DNA from: Elusimicrobiota bacterium
Lineage (GTDB): Bacteria; Elusimicrobiota; Elusimicrobia; F11
Length of the DNA: 64,000 nucleotides
NCBI GenBank assembly: GCA_044221725.1
Contig: JBGAON010000002.1
Span: 544,001-608,000, forward strand
Direction of reading: 5' to 3'
Shown here: piece by piece, positions 45,225-54,570 of the stretch
How positions within the stretch are numbered: the first letter of the stretch is position 1
Layout: each line of letters begins with the position of its first letter
Position numbers and translations under genes: made by a program
Notes under the pieces: model-generated
What the model was told of the DNA's origin: nothing
Database searches by the model: none
Seen by the model: only the letters and a program-made list of their open reading frames with translations

Positions 45225-46706
45225 ATGCGGTTTTCCGCCTGTTCGCCAACCCAAATTCCCGCCAACAGCCATTTGATTCTCTTTGCGTTTGAAAAGGCAA
45301 AGAGACCGGTTGGTTCGTACGTGTACGGAAGCGTGGCCGACAAAGCGTTCGCCGAAGCGCAAAAAGACGGATTTCAAGGAAAGCCGAATCAAGTAACGAT
45401 TGTCTCGTCGTCTCAGCGTCCGTTTCGTCGCGTTGTTTGTGTTGGCCTGGGAACCGAAACCGACAGCAATCTCGATGCGTTGCGGCGCGCCACGTCTGTT
45501 GCGGCGCGGGCGGCATCGAGCATCAACGCGCAGACGCTTGTTTTAAAAGTACCTCCGCAGTTTGGCACGGCCGAAGAAAGCGCACAGGCGGTCGCCGAAG
45601 CAGTTTACCTGGGCCTGTACAAATTCTCCGGATTCCAATCGACCCCAGCTCAAAAGTCCAAGATCCAAGCCGTGTGGGTTGTTGCTAAAGACAAAGACGA
45701 GACGACGCAGATGTCGATCGGATTCAAGATGGGAGAAGCGTTCGGGGCATCCGTGTGCTACGCGCGCGATCTCATCAATCGTCCCCCGAGCGATACCACC
45801 CCGGAATTTATGACCGGAGAAGCAAAAAAGCTCGTTGGGAAACATATTTCGATAAAGATCTTCAATAAAGCGCAGATTCAGAAGATGGGAATGGGCGCCC
45901 TGCTGGGCGTGAACCGTGGAAGCCACGAGCCGCCTTATTTCTTGCATTTAACCTATCGCGGCGCCGGTGCGATCAAGAAGAAAATTGGTATTTGCGGCAA
46001 AGGCATCACGTTTGACTCCGGGGGGCTCTCTTTGAAGCCCGCAGGTTCAATGGAAACGATGAAATACGATATGTCGGGCGCTGCGTCGGTTTTCGCGGTG
46101 TTTCGCACGCTTGGTATTCTTAAACCCGCCGGCGTCGAAGTGCATGGCTTTACACCCTTGACCGAAAATATGCCGGGCGGCAGCGCTGTTAAACCGGGGG
46201 ATGTGTTGCGCACGATGCGCGGCAAAACAATCGAAGTTTTGAACACCGACGCCGAAGGACGTCTTATTCTTGCGGATGCACTTTCGTACGCGTCACGACA
46301 AGGGTTGGATGAAGTCTTTGATATTGCGACGCTCACGGGAGCTTGCGTGATTGCTCTCGGGAATCAGATTGTTGGACTCATGGGGAACAACGAAGCGTTA
46401 CTGAAACGCGTGAAAGAATCGGCCGCCAAAGCTGGCGAAAAAATTTGGGAATTGCCCCTCGATAAGGAATATTTGCCGCTCCTAAAAAGCAACGTCGCCG
46501 ATTTGAAAAATATTGGACCGGTCGGACAAGCAGGAACGATTATGGCCGGTTTGTTCTTAAAAGAGTTTGTCGATAAAGGTTTGCCGTGGGCGCACCTCGA
46601 CATTGCCTCAACGGGCTGGAGCAGCTCCACGACCGCCCTTTCCGATGTCGGCGCGACCGGCGTCATGATCCGCACACTTTTGCAGCACATTTTCTCTATC
46701 AACTAA
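45225..46706 (+). CDS. pepA: Leucyl aminopeptidase (M17)
   Basis: GKGITFDSGG, MKYDMSG, NTDAEGRL, DIATLTG, HLDIA. Confidence 0.96.
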   Translation: MRFSACSPTQIPANSHLILFAFEKAKRPVGSYVYGSVADKAFAEAQKDGFQGKPNQVTIVSSSQRPFRRVVCVGLGTETDSNLDALRRATSVAARAASSINAQTLVLKVPPQFGTAEESAQAVAEAVYLGLYKFSGFQSTPAQKSKIQAVWVVAKDKDETTQMSIGFKMGEAFGASVCYARDLINRPPSDTTPEFMTGEAKKLVGKHISIKIFNKAQIQKMGMGALLGVNRGSHEPPYFLHLTYRGAGAIKKKIGICGKGITFDSGGLSLKPAGSMETMKYDMSGAASVFAVFRTLGILKPAGVEVHGFTPLTENMPGGSAVKPGDVLRTMRGKTIEVLNTDAEGRLILADALSYASRQGLDEVFDIATLTGACVIALGNQIVGLMGNNEALLKRVKESAAKAGEKIWELPLDKEYLPLLKSNVADLKNIGPVGQAGTIMAGLFLKEFVDKGLPWAHLDIASTGWSSSTTALSDVGATGVMIRTLLQHIFSIN

Positions 46707-46716
46707 AGGTCTCCAC

Positions 46717-47571
46717 ATGAAATTATCCGAAACAACCACCGAAACGAAAATTCTCACGATTGGTCACACACCCGATCCCGATGACGCGTACATGTTCTAT
46801 GGATTTGCGTCCGGTAAAACGCAAATTCCGGGTTTCGAAATCAAACATGTGCTCGAAGACATCGAAACACTGAACCGGCAAGCCATGCGCGCCGAAATTG
46901 ATGTCACGGCAATTTCGACCGCCGTTTATCCATTTCTGCAAAACAAATATTGGATTATGCCCACCGGCGCCAGCGTCGGCCGTAACTACGGTCCGATCGT
47001 TGTTCGAAAGGTGGGGAACCCAAATCCCGAAACAAAGAAGATCGGTATTCCCGGCAAAAACACCACCGCGTATTTGTTGCTGCGACTTTATTGTTCCGCC
47101 TATCAACCCGTGGAAATGCGGTTCGACCAAATTCCGCAGGCCGTCGCCCGTGGCGACGTTGACTACGGACTTTTGATTCACGAAGCGCAGCTCACGTTCG
47201 CTGAATACGGATTGGAAAAACTCGTCGATCTCGGCGTCGAATGGTCAAACGATACCCATTTGCCGATTCCTCTCGGTTTGGACGTCGTGCGCAAAGACCT
47301 GGGTCGCGATGTGGCGCTTCAGATTTGGAATGGCCTTAAGAACAGTATTCTCGAAGCCAACAAAGACAAAAGCGACGCCGTTGATTATGCGTTGAAATAC
47401 GGCCGTGGACTTCAAAAGAATCTCGGTGAAAAATTTGTCGGCATGTACGTGAACAACGACACGCTCGAGCTCGGCACCGAAGGGGAAACCGCGCTCAATC
47501 TTTTGTTCGACAAGGCTTATCGGGCCGGCATTTACTCGAAGCCGACCATCGTCGATATTTTGCGACCATAA
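46717..47571 (+). CDS. mqnD: 1,4-dihydroxy-6-naphthoate synthase (futalosine pathway)
   Basis: GHTPDPDDAYMF, DIETLN, YGP, TTAYLLL, IHE, PLG, MYVN. Confidence 0.9.
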   Translation: MKLSETTTETKILTIGHTPDPDDAYMFYGFASGKTQIPGFEIKHVLEDIETLNRQAMRAEIDVTAISTAVYPFLQNKYWIMPTGASVGRNYGPIVVRKVGNPNPETKKIGIPGKNTTAYLLLRLYCSAYQPVEMRFDQIPQAVARGDVDYGLLIHEAQLTFAEYGLEKLVDLGVEWSNDTHLPIPLGLDVVRKDLGRDVALQIWNGLKNSILEANKDKSDAVDYALKYGRGLQKNLGEKFVGMYVNNDTLELGTEGETALNLLFDKAYRAGIYSKPTIVDILRP

Positions 47572-48791
47572 TGCTTTTCTCTGATTTCAATTTAGATCCC
47601 CGCCTTATGCGTGCAATCGAGGAACTCGGTTACACACAACCCACGCCGGTTCAAGAACACGCGATTCCTTTCGGATTGGAAGGTCACGACGTGCGTGCGT
47701 GCGCACAAACCGGTTCCGGAAAAACAATCGCTTTCACGTTACCGATTCTCCATCGCATGCTCACAAACCCGCCGGCCGGAAAACCGTCGGTGCTCATTGT
47801 GGTCCCAACGCGCGAATTGGCGGACCAGGTGGACAAAGTCGTTCGGGAAGCGGGAAAATTTGCCGGCATTCGGGGCGTTTCAATCGTTGGCGGCGCCAAT
47901 TTCGACAAACAAGTGCGCGCGATTCGCGGTGGTGCGCAAATCATTGCGGCGACCCCCGGACGATTGTTGGACCATCTGGAACAGCGCACGTTTAATTTGA
48001 AGCACATTCAAACGCTCGTATTCGATGAAGCTGACCGCATGCTCGATATGGGTTTTTTGCCCGACATTCGCCGCATCCTTGCGGTGTGCCCGCCAAAAAA
48101 ACAAACGATGTTGTTCTCGGCCACGTTTCCTCCAGAAATCCAAGCGCTTGTGACCCAATTCTTGCACGAACCGAAAACCGTGGATTTGTCACCATCGTTG
48201 CCATCATCAAATGTGGCGCAAATGATTTATCCGATCTCCCGCTCACAGAAGGAAGCGTTGCTGCAAGCGATCCTCGAAAACGCGAGCATCGCATCAAGTC
48301 TTATTTTTTGCCGCACAAAACACGGTGCGGATCACCTCGTTATGAAACTGAAGCAAATGGGGAAATCGGTTGGCGTCATTCATTCGAACAAAAGTCAAAC
48401 CGAGCGTTACGCGGCGATCGAAGGGTTCCGTAACAAGCAATTTCAAATTCTTGTGGCCACCGATATTGCGTCGCGCGGCATCGACATCAAAGACATTAGC
48501 CACGTGATCAATTTTGACGTCCCGCAACATCCCGAAGATTATGTGCACCGCATTGGTCGTACCGGTCGCGCCGAAGCCTCGGGGGACGCGTTCACGCTCG
48601 TCTCTCCGGACGAGGAACCGTACATCAAACGCATCGAAAAATTCATTAATAAGACGTTGCCGCGCGGGGTAATTCCAAATTTTCCTTACCTCGTGCAGCC
48701 ACAACTGATCACGAAACCAAAACCATTGTCCGAAAGTTTTGGAAAGTTTCGCCGTCGAATTCCCACTGGAAGCGCGCGCCGTTTTCGCTAA
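47571..48791 (+). CDS. DEAD-box RNA helicase (RhlE-like)
   Basis: AQTGSGKT, PTRELA, TPGRL, DEAD, SAT, HRIGRTGR. Confidence 0.96.
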   Translation: MLFSDFNLDPRLMRAIEELGYTQPTPVQEHAIPFGLEGHDVRACAQTGSGKTIAFTLPILHRMLTNPPAGKPSVLIVVPTRELADQVDKVVREAGKFAGIRGVSIVGGANFDKQVRAIRGGAQIIAATPGRLLDHLEQRTFNLKHIQTLVFDEADRMLDMGFLPDIRRILAVCPPKKQTMLFSATFPPEIQALVTQFLHEPKTVDLSPSLPSSNVAQMIYPISRSQKEALLQAILENASIASSLIFCRTKHGADHLVMKLKQMGKSVGVIHSNKSQTERYAAIEGFRNKQFQILVATDIASRGIDIKDISHVINFDVPQHPEDYVHRIGRTGRAEASGDAFTLVSPDEEPYIKRIEKFINKTLPRGVIPNFPYLVQPQLITKPKPLSESFGKFRRRIPTGSARRFR

Positions 48792-48842
48792 TTCTCGCTC
48801 GAAGAAACCACAAATCTTTTCGTATTATCCTGCGTCCCACGT

Positions 48843-48972
48843 TGTCATTGCGAGCCCAGCATCAATAGAATTTAATGCTGGCGAAGCAATCCAATAACGC
48901 AGGGCATACTCGATCATAAGATTGCTTCGGCTCATTCATTAATTGTTTTTAAGGACGAGCCTCGCAATGACA
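48843..48972. repeat. REP-like element, family C
   Basis: TGTCATTGCGAG..GAAGCAATC ... GATTGCTTCG..CTCGCAATGACA. Confidence 0.88.
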
Positions 48973-48982
48973 GGAGACGAAA

Positions 48983-49969
48983 ATGGCGCAAGACATACGA
49001 GCGATCAATGAAAAAGTCCGAAAAGAGAGCATCTTCATTGAGGAACTGTTCAACGAAATCGGCAAAGTCATCGTCGGTCAAAGATATGTTTTGGAGCGGT
49101 TGCTTGTGGGGCTGTTGGCCGACGGGCATATTTTATTGGAAGGTGTTCCCGGTCTCGCGAAAACATTGGCCGTAAAAACCATTGCGGACACCATCGACGC
49201 AAAATTTCAACGCGTGCAGTTCACACCCGACTTGCTTCCATCGGATCTCATTGGAACCATGGTTTACAACCCAAAATCCGGTGACTTCACAATGAAAAAA
49301 GGGCCGATTTTCGCGAATATCGTTTTGGCCGACGAAATCAACCGCGCACCAGCCAAAGTCCAATCCGCGTTGCTGGAAGCGATGCAGGAAAAACAAGTCA
49401 CGATTGGAGATACCACCCACGTTTTGCCTTCGCCGTTCCTCGTTCTTGCCACGCAAAACCCAATCGAGCAAGAAGGAACGTATCCGTTGCCAGAAGCACA
49501 AGTGGACAGGTTTATGCTCAAGCTTTCGATCACGTATCCGTCGCGTGAAGAGGAGCGCACCATTCTTGAAAAAAAATCAGGAACCGAGGAAAAAGTCCGC
49601 CAGATTATTACACCGCAACGTATTGAAGATGTGCGCTCGGTCGTCAGAGAGATCTACATGGATGACAAAATTAAGACCTATATTCTCGATCTTGTTTTTG
49701 CGACGCGCGATCCCGAACAATTCAATCTCAAAGAAATGAAGTCGCTGATATCGTACGGCGCGTCCCCACGCGCGACGATTGCGCTCGCGCTCGCTGCGAA
49801 GGCGTATGCGTTTATCAAAGGACGCGGTTACGTGACGCCCGAAGATGTGAAGTCCATCGGCCCCGATGTACTTCGGCACCGCATCATTCCAAGCTTTGAG
49901 GCGGAAGCCGAGAACAAAACGTCCGATCATTTGCTTCACCAGGTGTTTGATATCGTCGCCGTTCCTTAA
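48983..49969 (+). CDS. moxR: MoxR family AAA+ ATPase
   Basis: EGVPGLAKT, QFTPDLLPSD, DEINRAPAK, ATQNPIEQEGTYPLPEAQ. Confidence 0.96.
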   Translation: MAQDIRAINEKVRKESIFIEELFNEIGKVIVGQRYVLERLLVGLLADGHILLEGVPGLAKTLAVKTIADTIDAKFQRVQFTPDLLPSDLIGTMVYNPKSGDFTMKKGPIFANIVLADEINRAPAKVQSALLEAMQEKQVTIGDTTHVLPSPFLVLATQNPIEQEGTYPLPEAQVDRFMLKLSITYPSREEERTILEKKSGTEEKVRQIITPQRIEDVRSVVREIYMDDKIKTYILDLVFATRDPEQFNLKEMKSLISYGASPRATIALALAAKAYAFIKGRGYVTPEDVKSIGPDVLRHRIIPSFEAEAENKTSDHLLHQVFDIVAVP

Positions 49970-49992
49970 CCGTTTCGGCACGGACGCGCTGC

Positions 49993-50871
49993 ATGCTCAC
50001 ACCGGCAGAAATATTCTCGAAAACCCGACGCATTGAAATCCGAACGTCCCGTCTCGTCAACGAACTGTTCGGCGGCCGCTATCATTCCACGTTCAAAGGT
50101 CGCGGCGTCGAGTTTTCGGACGTGCGGGAATACATTCCCGGCGACGACGTCCGATCCATTCACTGGAATATCACGGCGCGCCTTGGAACTCCGTTTATCA
50201 AACGTTTCACCGAAGAACGCGAACTTACCATTCTCATCGCGGTGGATGTGTCCGCTTCCACGTCGTTCGGAACGCGCTCGCGACTAAAGTCCGAACTGGC
50301 CGCCGAATTGGTTTCGTTGCTGGCGTTTGCCGCGCTCAAAAACAACGACAAAGTTGGGCTCCTTTTGTTTTCCGACAAAATTGAAGAGTTTATTCCGCCC
50401 CGCAAATCCAAAAGCCACACGCTGCGTCTTGTGCGCGACGTTCTGGGATTCGTGCCCGAAGGAAAAGGCACCAACATCGACGGGGCGCTTGAGTATCTGA
50501 ACCGCGTTCAGAAGAAGCGGGCGATTGTATTTCTTATCTCGGATTTTCTTGACCACGATTTTGAACGGAGTCTCGGTATCACGCAACGGCGCCATGACAC
50601 CGTGGCGTTCGTGCTCGAAGACCCGATGGAAGCCGATTGGCCTTTGGCGAAGCGCTTGCTTTTGCAAGACGCGGAAACCCACGAACGAGGGCTCGCGGTC
50701 GGCAACGCGGCGTTCCGAGCGGATTTCGGCCGGTCCACTCAGCTTCAACGATCGCGACGCGACCGAATGTTTTCGAAAATCAATTTGGACCGTGTGGTGT
50801 TCCGGACGAACCAGGATTATGTGAGACCGCTGCTGCTGTTTTTTCAAGAGCGAGCGCGGAGGTTCCGTTGA
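49993..50871 (+). CDS. DUF58 family protein
   Basis: GVEFSDVREY.PGDDVRSI.W, EEREL, LISDF. Confidence 0.93.
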   Translation: MLTPAEIFSKTRRIEIRTSRLVNELFGGRYHSTFKGRGVEFSDVREYIPGDDVRSIHWNITARLGTPFIKRFTEERELTILIAVDVSASTSFGTRSRLKSELAAELVSLLAFAALKNNDKVGLLLFSDKIEEFIPPRKSKSHTLRLVRDVLGFVPEGKGTNIDGALEYLNRVQKKRAIVFLISDFLDHDFERSLGITQRRHDTVAFVLEDPMEADWPLAKRLLLQDAETHERGLAVGNAAFRADFGRSTQLQRSRRDRMFSKINLDRVVFRTNQDYVRPLLLFFQERARRFR

Positions 50872-51824
50872 GACTTCGAGCAGCTCCGGCAATTTGGTTG
50901 TTTTTAGGAATGGCACCCACCGCGTTCGCGCAGCCGTCTGTTGCAATTCGTGCGGAGGCAAACCCTCAGGAAATTTATGTGGGCGATCAAATTGCGTTTA
51001 ACTTGTTCGTCACGGTATCGAGCGATGTCGCCTGCGGGCCCGTGGCAACGTCAACCGCCATCGGCAACTTTGACGTTTTGGTCATCTCGTCGCCAACGGC
51101 AACCATCGACAAAGACGGCAAAACCACCAGCGCGTATCACTTTTTACTGACGACATTTTCAACCGGCACGCAGACCATTCCGCCCATCCCAATGCAATTT
51201 GCGATCGTGGGCGGGCCCGGGACAGAAACGACGACCGAACCGATCAATATTAAAGTTCGTTCGTTGCTTGAAGAAAAGGGAGACGAAGGCAACATTCGGC
51301 CGTTGAAAGGTTTGTTTGACTTCAAATCTTATTTCTGGCTGTGGGTATTGGCCGCGCTTGTTGGGACGGCACTGTTGCTCTGGTTGGGCTGGCGATGGAT
51401 CAAAATTCAGCGTGCTGGCGGCGTCGTGATTCCGGCAGTTCCACCGCGGCCCGCCGACCAAGTGGCGTGGGAAGCGATCACACACCTGGAGAACGAAAAC
51501 TTGGTCGCGGCCGGACAGACGAAGGAGTTTTATTATCGGTTGTCGGTGATCTTGCGCGAATATCTCGAAGCGCGGTATCAAATGTCCGCCATGGAAAAAA
51601 CGACCTCTGAGCTGCTGGCGGAATTTCGAAAACGCAGTTTCTCCATGACCATCACGCAATTGAGCCGCGACTTCTTTGACAGCGCGGATCTCGTGAAATT
51701 TGCGAAGTTCACGCCCTCTGCTGAAGACGTAGCGTCCGACCTGAACAAAGTGAAACAATTCATCACGTTCACAACGCCGCAGCAACAAGAGGCCGCTCCC
51801 GCAGAGGACAAAGTAACGTTATGA
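50868..51824 (+). CDS. bat-operon membrane protein (BatD-like Ig domain + TM)
   Basis: TTG overlapping the DUF58 stop gives a signal peptide; LREYLEARY, EKTTSE, ADLVKFAK. Confidence 0.8.
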   Translation: MRLRAAPAIWLFLGMAPTAFAQPSVAIRAEANPQEIYVGDQIAFNLFVTVSSDVACGPVATSTAIGNFDVLVISSPTATIDKDGKTTSAYHFLLTTFSTGTQTIPPIPMQFAIVGGPGTETTTEPINIKVRSLLEEKGDEGNIRPLKGLFDFKSYFWLWVLAALVGTALLLWLGWRWIKIQRAGGVVIPAVPPRPADQVAWEAITHLENENLVAAGQTKEFYYRLSVILREYLEARYQMSAMEKTTSELLAEFRKRSFSMTITQLSRDFFDSADLVKFAKFTPSAEDVASDLNKVKQFITFTTPQQQEAAPAEDKVTL

Positions 51825-52816
51825 GATTTGCGGATCCGGCATATCTCTGGCTGCTGCTCGCGGTACCGGTGATGGTCGTCTACCTCGTGTTTCTGCGCGA
51901 AAAAGACATTCCAACGCTGACCTTCTCTTCGTTCGCGTCCCTTTCAAATTTAAGGAAAGGAATAGAACTCCGCTCCTGGACGCTTGTGCCCGGCACAATA
52001 AAGATTGCGGCGTTTGTACTGATGGTGCTGGCCATGGCGCGCCCACAGAAAGGATTGCGGTCCGAAGAAATGACCACGAAAGCGACCGACATCATGATTT
52101 GTTTGGATGCGTCCCGCTCGATGCTCGCGATTGACTTTAAACCCGACAACCGGTTTCACGTCGCGAAAGGCGTGGTCGAAGATTTCATAAAGGGACGCGA
52201 GCAAGACCGGCTGGGCTTGGTGCTCTTCGCCGAATACGCAATAACGCAGTGCCCGCTCACAACCGACAAGTCGGCGCTGCTCACCATCCTTGAGTCGTTG
52301 CAAGTCGGATCGATTTCACCCGACCAAACCGCAATTGGCGTTGGGCTTGCCACCTGCGTTAACCGGCTCAAAAATTCCAAAGCGAAAAGCAAAGTGATCA
52401 TTCTCGTAACCGATGGCGCCAACAACGCCGGGAACATCGATCCCATCACGGCCGCCAAAACAGCGGCCGCGTTCGGGATTAAGATTTATTCCATTGGTGC
52501 GGGCACCACCGGCGAAACGATGATGCCCGTCGATGATCCGAACTTTGGTCGGCGACTGGTGCCGATTCAGAGCGATCTCAACGAAGACGAATTGCTGCGG
52601 ATCGCCAGCGAATCCAACGGAAAATATTACCGCGCGAAGTCGGAGGGGGCGCTGAAAGAGATATTCAAAGAAATCGATTCGCTTGAGAAAACCGACATCA
52701 AGATAAAAGAATTTGTCGATTACAAAGAATTGTATTGGCCGTTTCTTATCTCAGCGGCTCTGCTGCTCATGATCGAAGCGGTTTTGATTAAAACGCAGTT
52801 CCGGACATTGCCATGA
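51821..52816 (+). CDS. batA: vWA-domain protein BatA
   Basis: ARPQ, DASRSM MIDAS, PLT.D, TAIG, TDG.NNAG. Confidence 0.9.
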   Translation: MRFADPAYLWLLLAVPVMVVYLVFLREKDIPTLTFSSFASLSNLRKGIELRSWTLVPGTIKIAAFVLMVLAMARPQKGLRSEEMTTKATDIMICLDASRSMLAIDFKPDNRFHVAKGVVEDFIKGREQDRLGLVLFAEYAITQCPLTTDKSALLTILESLQVGSISPDQTAIGVGLATCVNRLKNSKAKSKVIILVTDGANNAGNIDPITAAKTAAAFGIKIYSIGAGTTGETMMPVDDPNFGRRLVPIQSDLNEDELLRIASESNGKYYRAKSEGALKEIFKEIDSLEKTDIKIKEFVDYKELYWPFLISAALLLMIEAVLIKTQFRTLP

Positions 52817-54570
52817 ATTTTCATTATTCCGAATCTTTTTATCTGCTTATTCCATTCGCGATCGTGATCGGTTTGTTTTTGTGGTCGCGTTGGCAGCGGC
52901 TGCGGGAATTGGCGAGGCTGGGCGACTGGCGTCTTGTAAAGCAGTTGGTGCCAATCGCGGCGATCAAGCGTCGCCGCAACAAAGATCTCATCGCGCTCGT
53001 GGTGTTGTTCTTGGTGATTCTGGCCGCCGCCGGCCCGCAGTTTGGCAGCAAACTCAAAGAGGTGAAACAACGCGGCGTGGACGTGTTTATCGCGATGGAT
53101 ACCTCACGCAGCATGCTGGCCGAAGACGTGCCGCCCACGCGCCTCGAACGCGCGAAACGAGCGCTCGGCGTGCTCATCGATAAACTGCAGGGCAACCGAA
53201 TCGGCATCATTGCTTTTGCGAAACGTGCGGTGATTCAGTGTCCGCTTACCTCCGACACCGACGCAGCGCGCATGTTTCTGGAAGTCCTCGACGATAAGGC
53301 GGTGCCCGAACAGGGAACCTCGATTGGTGACGCAATTCGGCTCGCGCTCGAAAGCTTTCCAAAAGACGACAAGAGCGGCCGTGCGATCGTGCTGCTGACC
53401 GACGGCGAAGATCATTCTTCGGATCCGACGGGCGCCGCGAAGGAAGCAAAGAAGCAAGGCGTGGTTCTCTTCACGATTGGCATCGGCACGAGCAAAGGAG
53501 AAGTGATTAAGGACAGGGACGAAAACGGCAAGGTGGTGTCGTTTCACAAATACAACGGAGAAATGGTGATGAGCCGAATGGACGACGGCTTGCTGAACGA
53601 GATCGCCACGCTTACAAACGGTCGTTATTACCGTGCCAGCTCCACCGATGCCGAGATCGATGAGATCGCCGACGCGCTAAACGGCTTCGACAAAAAAGAG
53701 TTCGCCTCAAAAATATACGAACGGTTGCAGGAGCGTTATCAGATTGTGCTGTTGCTCGCGCTGTTGCTGCTGCTTATTGAATTCTTCTTCGCCGAGAATC
53801 CCGGGCAAGGAGGCCGTGTGTATCGTTTTCTAAATCAGTCCGTCCACTTGATACCGAAAAGGCGGCAGACCGCCGCGAGCATCGTCGCCGTGCTTCTTGT
53901 CTTCCCAGCGATCGTGCACGCCGATTATAAAGATCACGTTCGAGAGGGGAACAAATTGTTGCGCAAAGGAAAACCCACCGAAGCGCGCGCCGCATTTGAA
54001 CAAGCGCGCATCGATTTGCCCGAAGCGCCATTCTTGCCGTACAACATTGCAGCGACGTATTACTTGGAAGGAAATTTTGACGAGGCGAAGAAACAATACG
54101 AATTGGCCTCGTCGCTCACACAAAACCCTGCCCTCAAATCAAAAATTGCCTACAACATGGGACACCTGTTGTTTAATTCGGGGCAATCGGCGCAAGCGAT
54201 TGAAAAATTTAAAGAGTGTCTGAAGTTGAATCCCAAAGATGTGGACGCAAAATATAATATTGAGTACATCCAAGCCGGCAAGAAACCGAAGAATCCACCG
54301 CCGCAGCAACAAAAGAAAGATGGGAAAGGCGGCGACAAACAGCAGCAACAAGGAAAAGAAGGACAAAAGGGTTCGGAGGAGAACAAGCAAGATTCGAATT
54401 CAAACGGTGATCAGAAAAAGCCCGGCGATATGTCCAAAGAGAACGCCGAACGCGTGCTGCAAATGATGAAAGATCAGGAATCCGAAAAAATGAGAGACGC
54501 ACAGATTCCAAAGGTCGGCCTCAAAAAACCCAAAGATAAAAAAGACGAGCAAGGCGGCGAAGACTGGTGA
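52813..54570 (+). CDS. batB: BatB vWA domain fused to BatC-like TPR domain
   Basis: DTSRSM MIDAS, LTDGEDH; TPR YN.A/YNMG/AKYN; Gln/Lys-rich linker; EDW end. Confidence 0.85.
   Translation: MNFHYSESFYLLIPFAIVIGLFLWSRWQRLRELARLGDWRLVKQLVPIAAIKRRRNKDLIALVVLFLVILAAAGPQFGSKLKEVKQRGVDVFIAMDTSRSMLAEDVPPTRLERAKRALGVLIDKLQGNRIGIIAFAKRAVIQCPLTSDTDAARMFLEVLDDKAVPEQGTSIGDAIRLALESFPKDDKSGRAIVLLTDGEDHSSDPTGAAKEAKKQGVVLFTIGIGTSKGEVIKDRDENGKVVSFHKYNGEMVMSRMDDGLLNEIATLTNGRYYRASSTDAEIDEIADALNGFDKKEFASKIYERLQERYQIVLLLALLLLLIEFFFAENPGQGGRVYRFLNQSVHLIPKRRQTAASIVAVLLVFPAIVHADYKDHVREGNKLLRKGKPTEARAAFEQARIDLPEAPFLPYNIAATYYLEGNFDEAKKQYELASSLTQNPALKSKIAYNMGHLLFNSGQSAQAIEKFKECLKLNPKDVDAKYNIEYIQAGKKPKNPPPQQQKKDGKGGDKQQQQGKEGQKGSEENKQDSNSNGDQKKPGDMSKENAERVLQMMKDQESEKMRDAQIPKVGLKKPKDKKDEQGGEDW

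Noticed and set aside
50637..50867. Long N-terminus of ORF 50637-51824
   Set aside because: Overlaps DUF58 by over 230 nt; TTG 50868 gives a coupled start and a signal peptide.
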